From positions 339,291 to 403,290 of the forward strand of contig NMRA01000080.1 of the NCBI GenBank assembly GCA_002633005.1: DNA of 64,000 nucleotides, in the 5' to 3' direction. Below are positions 13,501 to 25,500 of the stretch, in pieces. Within the stretch, counting starts at the first letter, position 1. Each line of letters starts with the position of its first letter. The position numbers and the translations under genes were made by a program. The notes beneath the pieces were generated by a model that saw only the letters and a list, made by a program, of their open reading frames with translations, was not told the origin of the DNA and did no database searches. The stretch comes from Phoronis australis (lineage: Eukaryota; Animalia; Phoronida).

Positions 13501-16500
13501 TTGACCAAGGTCCAAACTGTTAACTAAAAGTTTCATATGTGGTCAGGGGTTGTTCATATGAACAAATTTCATGAGTTCACAAAAGTTCAACTGTGAGGAG
13601 TAGGAAGTTCTGTTGGTCAGTGACCTCCTCGAGCAGACAGTCATGATTGTTTCTCTTTTAAAATTTTAATATAGGTCAGGTTGACCAGTGCCTTATTTCC
13701 CTGCCATCAATCATGCCCAAACAAAGCCTATACTAGATAAGTGTATGATTAATGTAGTTCACATTCCCCAATATCCCCAGGTATAAATATCTGGAGCTGT
13801 GGTTATTTGAGTCAAAAGCTGTAAGGAAAAGATATTAGCCTGCATAACAGGTAATTGAATTTGAAATTGAGTTAAGTATGTATTTTGTATTGATTGACTT
13901 GATTTAGGTCTTGATTTAGCCTAGGGTATATTATTTTGGAGATCCGGTTTAATTCTTGTGTGGCTAAATAAAGTATTAAGCATGAGTTTCCTCAACTTTT
14001 TATGAAACATTTCATATGGTTCATTTTGGGGAGGTTGGTTTTGATCCTATTCATTTGGACAAGTGTAGACCTGTCTACCTGAAGAAGGCCTCTCAGTGTT
14101 TTAATCTGTTGACCTAGATTTAAATATCCGTGCCTCATCCCTGTGGACTGCCAGTCTTGACAAAATTATCATCTGGTTCTGTGTCCAAATTCTGGGACTA
14201 GAAAATTGGATTATGGCTGACTCTTTCCTTTCAAACATTTATGTGACTTCAATATCTAAATCCATGAGCTGTGACCAAATTTTCTTGAGAGATTTGACTT
14301 TAAATTGCTCAGTGGCACATGAAAAATTCTTCCAAGTTTGAGTAATCAGTTTTCAGGTTTGGTGATAATAAGCCCAGGATGGCAGACAAAATTGGAGATT
14401 TCCAATAAGCCAAAGTTCCTTGTTGCTCTTCTCGGAATGTCTTTTCCTTGATGTGATGGGCCAACAGTGTTCATATTTCTTTTCCTAAACCATTTTTAAG
14501 CATTGGCTATGAAACAAACACTCAGGTTTATACATGAGTTGCTCTTCTCCCAGAGGTTCAACCCACGAAACCTTAAAGTTTTGAGATTAGAGTATCTCGA
14601 AGCAGGATTTTTGTAGAAGTTGTGTTTTTAAGGACATGATTTCCATGTGAAAGTATACAGTAAGGTGAAATTACAATAGTTTTGGGCGAAAACAATTGTC
14701 AAAATCCCCTTTTTGTTCAAGGGCTTCTAATATTGATATGAATGAACCCACAGTTTTTCAAAATATTATTGTGTTAGTCTTTTACTGAAAATTAAAATTG
14801 ACTTGTCTGCCACTCTGTGCAAAGCTGTGATGTTCTCGGAAAAGTTCATTGTCCCATTTTGCATTTGGTAGACCAGGTATCTTGACTGCAGGTAGACTTA
14901 TTACCTGAGCTTGAAACCAAGGCAATTCACGGAACAATCACCCGAGGATGGTATTTGTTGCATAAAAAGTGTGTGCCTGTCATTTGTTGACAGACAGATA
15001 TATAACACCTTGATTTATGCTACTAGCTCTTTACTTCCTGGTATGTTATCTTGGGGAGTTTTATTTGCTTACTGTCTGGATTTGGCCAAAGGGTTGATTT
15101 TGCGACAGTCTGTTTGAAAAAATGACTGACTCACAATTTTGGGTGTTGCAACCAGCGTTCCGACTTTCCCAGCATTGTCCAAGTGTGGTGTGCATTTTGA
15201 TAATATTGCATGGGCTTGGGTTACCTGACCTAGGACAATGAATTTGGGGACTGCAGAGGGTGAGTGCAGAGCATAGGCACTTAAAATTTCTTTGAGAAAC
15301 CTGGAGTGGACACATAATCTTGAGCCATCAATTGAGGTTCATGGCCGAGCCACTGATGCTGGACTTGTCATGCAGGAGTTAGATAAAACATGGGCAAATT
15401 GTTGTAGGGTCTCACTTCTAGAATAGCATGGTCACACACAGTATGGTTGCATGACCCAGCTTTTTAAGTTGTGTCTCATAATGGAAACATTAGGCACAGT
15501 AACTGAGCTGGCTACATGCTGCTTAATAAGCTAGAGAAGAGACAAAGTTGATTACTGATATTGTACTCAAGGAGACATTTGCGTCAAGTTTGGACTTAGT
15601 GTTGTGGAGAACGCTGCTTATGTGAATGCTTTATTATTTTTTGCGCACTAGTATGAACAGTGATATTAGAATGCGTATGGAGCCAAAAGAACCCTTTCAT
15701 GTCTCCTTTAGTAAAGAACTCGGGCTAGTATGGCTATTTGCCTACTGTAACAAAGCAATGTTCTTAGGAAACTTACCAATTGTAACTTAAAGCTAAGCGA
15801 GTTGTGTTTTAAGAGCTAACATTCTGATGAGTCAAGCATTCACAAAGCCGCAGTGCATTTTTAAGGAAATCTTTGTCATAGAAACGGGTGGTAGGCACAA
15901 TGAACACGAGTGCTTAAATTTGAAAATTACCGGGTGGGGGGTGTAGTTAATAAGCCGAATGAGGATGTTAACTAGTTCCCATTATTTGTAGGAGAGTAAT
16001 CAGCCATTGTAAAATGTTCAACTGTTAGGTGAGACCTTCAGGTATTCACGTAGGGAGGTGCTATAGATTCTGTTGGGTGAGGTGAACAAATAGAGATCTT
16101 TTTACAGGTAGAGTGTCTAGTATGTTTGCAAATCCCTAGGCTGATATTCATTTTCACTGAGCTGATTGGGGTTGGAGCCATTGGCAGGATTTGAATCCGA
16201 GACAATCTCAAAAATGAAACGTTTTTATGCGCCCACATATTTATATGTGGATGCATTATGCCGTCATCTCTGTCCATTCTTGTGTCCGTCCGGTATCTGG
16301 CATCCGGCGTCCGCTGCTCTGTCTCCAAAACCCTTTGACATATGTTCATGAAATTTAGCACATATGTTCCATTCATGAATGGGACGGCATGAGCGAACTA
16401 CCGGTGTGCCCCCTAGTGGCAATTTTATTTTTTTACGCTTACCTTTGTATCTTCAAATGTCCTGGTCCTGAAAAGATTTTCATGAAATTCGGTATGTAGG

Positions 16501-19500
16501 CACCTATTAGTGAGATGACTTTAGCCTCCCGTTTTTGGATGGATTTGACGTAGTTTGCGCCACCTAGTGGCCATTTTTACTGTTTTCAAGTTTGTTTTTT
16601 TTTGTCCACCACTCTATCTATGTGAAAATTGACATGTATGTTCTTACTATAAAGAGGACGGTTGACGATTATTTTCCGAAGATTTTGACTACTGTGGTGC
16701 CTCCTAGTGGCAGTTTTGTTTTTGTTGCGCCTATGGCTGTATCTCCTAAACCCCGTTTGCAGGATCTTTACTTAATTTAGCAAGTGTATTTATATGATGT
16801 TGACTACGAATGACGACGACTTTCGGACAGATCTGATTACTGCTGTGCCCCCTAGTGTCAATTTTAGTTTTTTACGTTTAACTTAGTATCTTCAAAGGTC
16901 TTCAACAGATTTTCATAAAATTTTAAATATAGGCATCTATTGGTGTGATGACCCTATCTTCCTGTTTTTGGATGGAATCGACGTATTTTGCACCACCTAG
17001 TGGTCATTTTTGCTGATTTCAAATCTTGTTTTTGGTGTCCACCACTGTATCAATCAAATCATTTGAAAATTGGCATATATGTTCTCAGTGTGAAGACGAC
17101 CTTTGATGATGGTGACTGACTACTGTGGTGCCTCCTAGTGGTAGTTTTGTTTTGCGCCCATAGTTGTTTCTCTCAAACCTACTGCAGGATCTTTACTAAA
17201 TTTAGTAAGTGTATTTATATGAAGATAACAACAGAAGATGACGACTTTCAGGCGGATCCAACAGACATTGTGCCCACTAGTGGCAATTTAATTTTATTCT
17301 GTTTTCCTTTGTTTCTCTGAAGTTTCTTGACAGATTTTTATGAAATATGGCATGCTTCTGTTTTTGGATGGATTGTATGTTTTTGCGCCATCTAGTGGCC
17401 ATTTTTATGAATCAATGATACAAATAAATAACCCTAAAAGCACACCAATTGCAATGCATTCGTTTGCGCATTTCAACGCTCTGCGTTGCTCTTGTTTATA
17501 TATTTATCGAATGAAACAAACGTATATACAAAATGTATAGACAGACAATAAAGACAAAAAGTGAAAACCATTTGCACATGTATGCGTATGCGTACAAAGT
17601 CTGTGGCTGATTTGATTGTTAGAGAAGATAACTAGGTGACTTCTAATGCTTGGTTTTAACCATTTTTCACTAATTTATGATAACTGAGTTCATGAATTCA
17701 TGGAACTTCTGCATCCCTGACATTATAAGCCCACGTTCTGTCGGCCCTTCTTTGTTAGCTTTATATGTTTCTGAGAACTGTGCAAATCTGTGTTTGATAT
17801 CTGAGTTGCAGTTTGAGTCATTTTATATTCTGTTCATTTACACCTTGCGGTAACCATGTATCAGTAGACCATAAAGTTTATAACAAATGTATCACAAGGT
17901 TGAGAAATAATCTTCTTTACTATGTCGCCTGGAGAGGGCCTAATGTGCCCGTGGCATGTAGTTCAGGTCTTGGACGGACAAGTAAAGTAATGTGAACGAC
18001 AAGTGGAAACTTGGCCATGAGAGGAGTTAAGCGCTGGAGAGAAAGGCAAAAAGTATTTTCAATTTTGTACCTACCATTGCAATAGGTGGGTAGGGTCATG
18101 ATCAAATGGTTAAAAAGAGATAATGAATGTCAATTGACCAAAATGGCATGTGAATCTGACTGAAAAAGTCTCCTATGAAAATAAATATTGAGCAGTTAAT
18201 AGCTGGTCAATAGTCAAATTTCAATGGAGCATAATATGACCAGTAGGTGGCAGGGGTAGTAGTAAACATCAGTTGATGGCAGGGAATCCATGAATCTTAT
18301 TTGATCCATTGTGTTATGATGCATAATTATTAAAGCTAACTGGCCTCATAAGAACAAATAAGACAGAGGGTTGCACTCCAGAATAGAAGCCAAAAACTGA
18401 TGCATACTTGGCTTTAAATAAATCTAACTCGTCGTTTCCTTGGCTTGTACTTCACTGGCGTCAGCAAGGGGCCATGGTAAAAATTTTAGCGGTTGTTGAA
18501 AGCCTTAGAAAACTGGAAAATGACACGATGCTGGTAGTTCTTTTGTCCGAAATTGAAAAAAATGGTTTAGTGTGTATGTGTTGGCCAGTTATTTGTGACT
18601 TACTCTTAAACATACAGTACGGTAGTCGCCCAAACTTTTGTCCTGGGAATAATGGTTCCTAGTGTGGGAGGATACTTGGGTTGAGGTACAAGAGTGTAGG
18701 CGGTCAGTCAATTAGGTTCAACACCCAGAAAAGGGTGGAGTTCTAAAACTTGTTGTATCTTACACGTTGTCTCAAGTTTCTGGTGCTTGCGCAATCTGTT
18801 GACATAAGGTAACAGTCACAAGTGGGTAGTAATGACTGTACAGAGGTCAATGTGATATGGTTAACCTAGTGATCTGGTACCATGACCTGTGAGTGTATTG
18901 GGGTCAATGGTTTTGCACAATACCACTATTGCTGCTGTGGGAACAGCTACCTACAGAGTGGGTCTGGTAAAACCAGTTTAATAGGGTAAAGTCTTCTCCA
19001 ATTTCGGACAAAAAATAGTCGGCAGATTTGATCTTTTTTCGTTCGCAAAGGCTCCTCACGAAATTTGTGTGAATGCCTGTGATTGGTCAGAGTCGTCAAG
19101 TTGTAGCTGTGGTTTAGATCTTTTTAAATGAAATATCGTTTATTTGTCTGTTACGGAAAATTAGAATTTCGCTCGTTGGTCGTACTATTTGACAAAACAC
19201 ATAAATTAACCATTTTAGTCCTCCGTATATTGTTGGTAATGTGAAAAATTGGGCATCACCTGCAGCTTCCAATTTACCCAGTAGTTACTTTAAGTTTGTG
19301 TTACACTGTCGGGATTCTTCGGTTTATTCTTGGAAACGATGGAGGTCAGAGACATGTTGACAGGCTTCTTGCACTCACCTTGTCGTCGTGGCGATCTCGT
19401 TAATTGCTCACGCATCTCTAGTTAATGAGTATCTTAAGAAGAGTCGTGATCTTATCGCTTGTCAAGGGGCCAACCACTTGTTTTTCGTGATGTACGCTTC

Positions 19501-22500
19501 GACTTGTTTGGTTAATAAGCCAATTGTCAAACTATTTAAGATAAACAGTGTGATGGTCGTGACTACCTAACTTCAGCTCAGGTGTACCTGCATCCATGTT
19601 CTAGTTCTTGTTAATCTTTGGCGACATTATACTCAAGGTTGGCGCGTGGTCTTGGTACAATTGTGATGCAGTTTTCATGTTCTTTGGTCAGAGCCATCTG
19701 CCATTATATGGCATACGATAATGATAGCAAACCTTCTACGTACAACTCTTTACCGTTGTGAGAGCACAGAAGCGTCTGTCACCAGTCCAAATTAAAGTCT
19801 GGCGTTCGAGACGGGAAGAGTTGACGTGGACGGAATGTAATTCCTTTCATTTGTGGAAATTTTGTGACATCGGACACTTTTGTGTCAAACCTTTGAATAC
19901 GTTACCACACGACAGTGGCAATTTGACAACATAATGGTAGTAAAGAATTCAGAAATACCCACTGCATTAAATCTGTACCAAAGTGCAGAACCCTGTTTGC
20001 CAACTACTCTATTGCCATCTAGTGTCAATGCGTATTTTACCAAGCTGCAGATGTATCAGAAAAGCTTTTGCTACTCCTGTGCATACTAGTACCTTTGCGG
20101 TTGTAGATGTTCTATCATCTTGTAGCCATAAGTCTGTACTTTCTTGAATGTGCTGATTTATGTGGTACCTCTGCAGTTTTATCTTTTATGTCTGGGGTAT
20201 TTTTTGAAAAATGGGAATCGCTTATTATGAAGCTTATTTCTTCAAATTATTCCTGAGCAGACTCCGTGCTCTATTCACATCTGTGCTTGCTCCTGTAAAG
20301 ATGATAATTGACTCTGTGACGCAGCTGCAACTGTTTTTTCTTCTGGTTTTCATTTTGTAATGTTGCCTCAATAATGGCAATTACCGTAATCGTTCGGTTA
20401 ACGGCCCTCCCCCGATTTTTTGGATTCGCCAATTTAACCGCCCAGGGCGTTAACCCGAACGATTACGGTACTATTGCTTAAACAAGGTATGACTTGCCGC
20501 TGTATGCATTGCAAAGCACTGTTTTAGCAAGCTCCTATTCGGAGCTGTTTCATCATAGTTAATCCTTGGTCCCGAGAATAAAATGTCCAACACCTGTCAC
20601 CTTGTTTCAATAGTTTACACAAATCTGTTTTTGTTAAGGGCATGCGATTGGGCTTCTTTTCTCATCTTTCTATCTGCTATCTGGTTACAAGGTATTGCTG
20701 CTTTCTTTCAGAAATATGTGCTCTCGCTAACGTCGGCTATGATCTTCTATACGCAACAATACGCACCGTCCGTGTACCAGAAGCTGGTCGCAAAACGCGA
20801 CGACATAGAAAGACAGTCGTCAGCCTCCCTCGTGTTCAGAGATACAGAAAAGGCTATTGGCATCAAGTATGTGGACAACAGCCACTTGGAGTTAACAAAA
20901 TCGCTTATCGATACTTACAGGCAAAACACAGACTGGAGCAATTCCACTAGACTAGATTCATGTGATTCAAGTTACGGTTCTACTTTTGCTGTCAGTAGTG
21001 AATTCTTCAGTGATGACCTGAAGACAGTCCACGGCGATGATAAGAGTCGTGTGCTGTCCAATGAGTCATCTTCATTTTCATCGTCACACACACGCACAGA
21101 CTCGCCTGATTCTGAGCTGGTCAGTTCAATACCTAATTATGCCACAAAACTGGAATTTGCGCTTAAGCGTGGTTACAGCAAGGATCAGTTGAAGCAGGCG
21201 TTGAAAAAGTGTGGTGGTTCCGTCTCGCAGAACGACTTGCTATCCGAGTTGATTTCAATTGGTTCACTGTCGTCGTCTACTGACGAGACTCAGGTCGACA
21301 GCGTAATCGAAGAAGATGGCACGCGATTGACGTCAAGCTTTCTGGAAGAAGATGAAAGCTCAAATCTAAAGCCAATTGTCATTGACGGAAGCAATGTGGC
21401 CATGAGGTAAGACTATGTAGCCTGAATCATCCTTGAATAATGTTCCTTGTCAATTTTTCACAAAATTTTTTGTAAGATAATGCAGAAACAAATTTTAGTT
21501 CTGCGATTTGACCTACAACTTTCTATTGAAACAACTAAAGGATCACCCAGTCTCGTTTGCCATTGGGTTGATTTTAGGAAACGTGTACTGCAGACAATGG
21601 GGAGGGGGTGTGCAGGGTTTGGCCCTGGTTGACAATAGGACCATCCCTTATTACTCAGTGACATTTGAATCTTGCTGTATTTACCCACAATGCCATAAAC
21701 ATTCGTCAAGCACATTTGGTACCTTGTTTTGGTACCTTGTTGTTCTGATTCTTTAGAAGTTTTTCTCAGTTGCATTACTCTTATCGTCCTTCCAATGCCA
21801 AGTTTTCCTTGAACTGGAGCCAGGTTAGTCAAAATTGTTTATTATCTTTACTCCAAATGTAAATAATTTATCTAGGTCACTCAAAGGCTGAGTTCTATTT
21901 CTGGATTACCATTATCAAGCCTTGTTCACTCTGTGATTGAAAGTTGTGTATGTTTTGTGTGCTGTAAATGTAGGGCTGAATGAAACAGGCCAAAACAGTT
22001 TTCAGTAAGAGGAACTTCAAGGGTAGTTGTTGACAGGTCATTTTGTAAGAACTTTGATTTTACCTGGCAGGTCAATATGCATCAAGAATGGCCTTACTAG
22101 TAAACAATAACAGAGTGTCGGGTCTTTCCTTGTCTCAAAAATAAAAACCAGGCTAAAATGAAAACAAAATGATAATTTATAAAACTGTAACAGCGTTTTT
22201 GAGACTTCATCGTGTTGAACTGTTTCAGCACACGAAATTCAGTCATGCAGTTCCCGTTGTTTGGCTTTTGATGTATTGGTCTTTTCGCTAAAATTTACAA
22301 AAGGCATGGACACGTGACGTAATTAATGTAAGATTGGTACAAGTTAAAAATTTTACAGGCCTACTTTAAGAAAATATATACTTTCATGAAGTTCTATAGA
22401 TGTTTGACACAGTCCTGCATAACTCTAAGCTTATTTCTTTTTACACAAAAGTATGTGAGGTGTAGTTTGTTTTTCGACCTCTCTATCAGGTGTTTGTTAA

Positions 22501-25500
22501 CCACTCGATATTTCCAGGAAATAGAGTGGTATTGTACGCTGTGAAAATTGGGTTTGATGCCCATGCTCACGCAAGCATCCTCCTACGATTTCTGAAAATT
22601 TTTGAAATAAAGCACCCGCTGCTCTGCTACTATCTCCACCCCCTATTTTTGAGAATTTTCATTATCAATCAATATTAATGCCAAGCCATAGATACGGTAA
22701 GGTATGGTAGTTTTTGTGTATGGTATGTATGCAGTCCGGTATTAAATGGTCCGCTGTGATACGCTGTACCTGCAAAGAAGCTATTTCAATGAATTTTAAT
22801 TCATTGAGTGTCCAGCAGTTTTGATTGCTGAAAAAGTAAAAAAGCACTCTGCACTCTGGAAAAGAGCATTTAAATTGACCATCGAGTGTACAATGTTGGA
22901 CTCAAAAGACTGTATACAGTATCAAGACAGACTAGAAAAAATGAAATATTTTCGCCACAGAAATGACAACGTCCAATAACAAAAATTAGAGTATTAGGTA
23001 ATTTACAGCCTTACCTATCCCTCTCAGAAGAATGATCCCATGGTGGGAGAAGGCAACAATATTTTTAAAATTCTCTTCATTACCTGTAGTTAAGAATATA
23101 GAACTTAAGTCTCATTAACATTCTTTTGTTTGTTATATGCGGTGTGCCAAAACCCATATGGATTGTGTAGGACTGTCTTACAATCTATATTTTTGTAAAT
23201 ATGTAAATACTCGGACTTGTGGATAAGGTCCTGTACTGCTTCAAGGAAGGTGTTTTTGTTGGCTGTGTGGTTTTGCCATGATTCACCCCTGCACGACCTT
23301 CCTGCTTGAAGTCATTTGTGAGTACAATGACTCTTCATAAGCTTTATGTAATTTCATCATTGGTTTTATGGATTGTCATGGTGCTGAGTCATGGATTTAC
23401 ATAAACAGCATAGGGTATATACACCATGGCTTAGACCTATGCATTGGGATCTTCATTACTCATTCGTGTGTTGGAGAGTCGAGGTTTGTGGCCTTCAGTT
23501 GGTAGCTTTCCCTTGATAGCTTTCAAGCACCAGATCTCAGGTGTCCTTGCCATCACCAGTCATTTGTTTACGCTCTGTAGGGAGGCTGCACATATGGGTG
23601 TATTCACAATACATTGATACCCAGTTATTGGTTCCAGTTTCTCTTCCTTGTTGGTGTTGGTATCCAGGACTGGTTTTATATAACCATGAATGTCAAGTCA
23701 CACAGGGTGTCAAAGCCTGAAAATTTTTCCTTGTCACACTTTTCATTTACTGCAAGTAATTAGCTTTCTTTGTTGTGGGTGCTTTAGTCACTGTGGATAT
23801 CCAACAAAGTGAACACAAGTTGTTTCTTTGACAAGATTTGCCGTCTTAAATGTGGTTTGAAATTCCAGTTTGAGGAATTGTTGATTCTGATTTGTGAATG
23901 GTGAAGAAATCAGTTTGGAACACGGTTGTAGTGAAAAAGTAGAAATAACTTTTGTCAGTTTTTCATCAAACAGGTCGTTCAAGAAAAAATGTTTCGTTGT
24001 CAGCTTATTGTCCGTGTTGTGTCGGCATGGAAATTTTGAGCATTCTGTAGCCATGTAATATGTTTTACAAAAAACAAAAACTGTCAGTTTTAGCAAAAAA
24101 TTTATTTCAAATTGTTACCGTGTGTGAATTACCCTTCTATCGGCAACTGTGGTGTCAGTAACAATGCCTGTCTGTTGACCAGTCAACCTACAATTAAAAA
24201 TAGATCAGATATAGTTGCCTTACTGTGAATTGTAAACAGCAGGTTTACATGGAAAACATCCACATTTGTTTTGAAGAACTGGAATTAAGCATGAATATCT
24301 AAGTGAAAGTTGTTTTTAGTTAAGTTTCTTGGAAACTCACGAGCTGTTTAATTTCTAAATAAGATCAGTAGCACCCCCTGTTGCCCTATTGTGCTTTTTA
24401 TCCTGGGTATCTACTATGTCAATAATTAATTAAAAAGTATCCCTCCAGAAAACAGTGGTTTGCAGGCGATCCTGATTATTTCCTTGAACAAAGGTAAACC
24501 TACATCTATAAATCATTTGGGGTAGCTATTACTGCAAATTTGACACTTTGAACTATCAGGGGGTGGAAACAATTCCTTGGCTGTGCCACAAAATTTCAGC
24601 CTGGAGCAGCGAACACCAAATGCACCTAAACATTTTGCTGTGCATGTGTAGTATAAGGACGTGGGTATGATATTTGCTCTGAAAGTTTGGGGTTTGCTGG
24701 TTCGCAACTGGGGTTTAGGGGTTTGAAGCCGGACTTTAGAGGCACTGCCATGGAATCTTTTCTACTCCCTGACTCAAAGATCAGACAGGATGACTTCACT
24801 TATCTGCTTCATTGTTTCATTTTTTGTTTTATTTCTTTGATGATGCTTTAAGCAGCTGGATTGTTTCTAGAACAAGGATCTTATAGTTTTTTGTTTTTTC
24901 CTCATCTGTAGCCATGGTAACAAGGAGGTGTTCTCTTGCAAGGGGATCAAGATCGTTGTCGATTGGTTCAAAGCTCGGGGTCACCAGAACATAAATGCAT
25001 TTGTGCCGCAATGGAGGAAGGAGTCCCAGCGTCCTATCACCCCCATAACTGGTAAGTGGCAAGCTAACTTTTATCTATTCACACTGGCAACAACCTGTGG
25101 CTGAGCGCATTTTTAATGAATGAAGGTTGTGCTTTTTATCTAGATTGGAAATATTTTAGTGCTCGAAAATATTTGGTATAATTTAATCTGCAGATGTTAG
25201 CTTAGTTGATATTGTTTTCAGTGTGGTTCATTGAAACGAATGTATGGAATGGAAATTTTTCATAATTTCTTTAGTGGAGAAAGATATTTTTTCTGATGAA
25301 GTCACGTGTTGGGCTAACTGGCACTCATTGACTTACACTTTTTAGTGGCGCACGCTTATATCAAAATATTTTGGAAGTAATTTTTCTGTGTCTTGATTTT
25401 CTGTGCGTAATGTGTAATATATTTCTTGGAGTTTCTCCGCTCGTTGGTATAGACATTTTCATTGTGAATTAGCCAGCTTCACTGAATTTAATGCTTAAAT

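Noticed and set aside
16038-17540. ORFs similar to those at 50450-50686, suggesting a duplicated gene
   Set aside because: The similarity is explained by the shared non-coding HINE-like repeat.
20583-20711. Hydrophobic N-terminus of the 275-aa ORF (apparent signal or TM segment)
   Set aside because: It is the translated intron end and polypyrimidine tract upstream of the acceptor at 20711.
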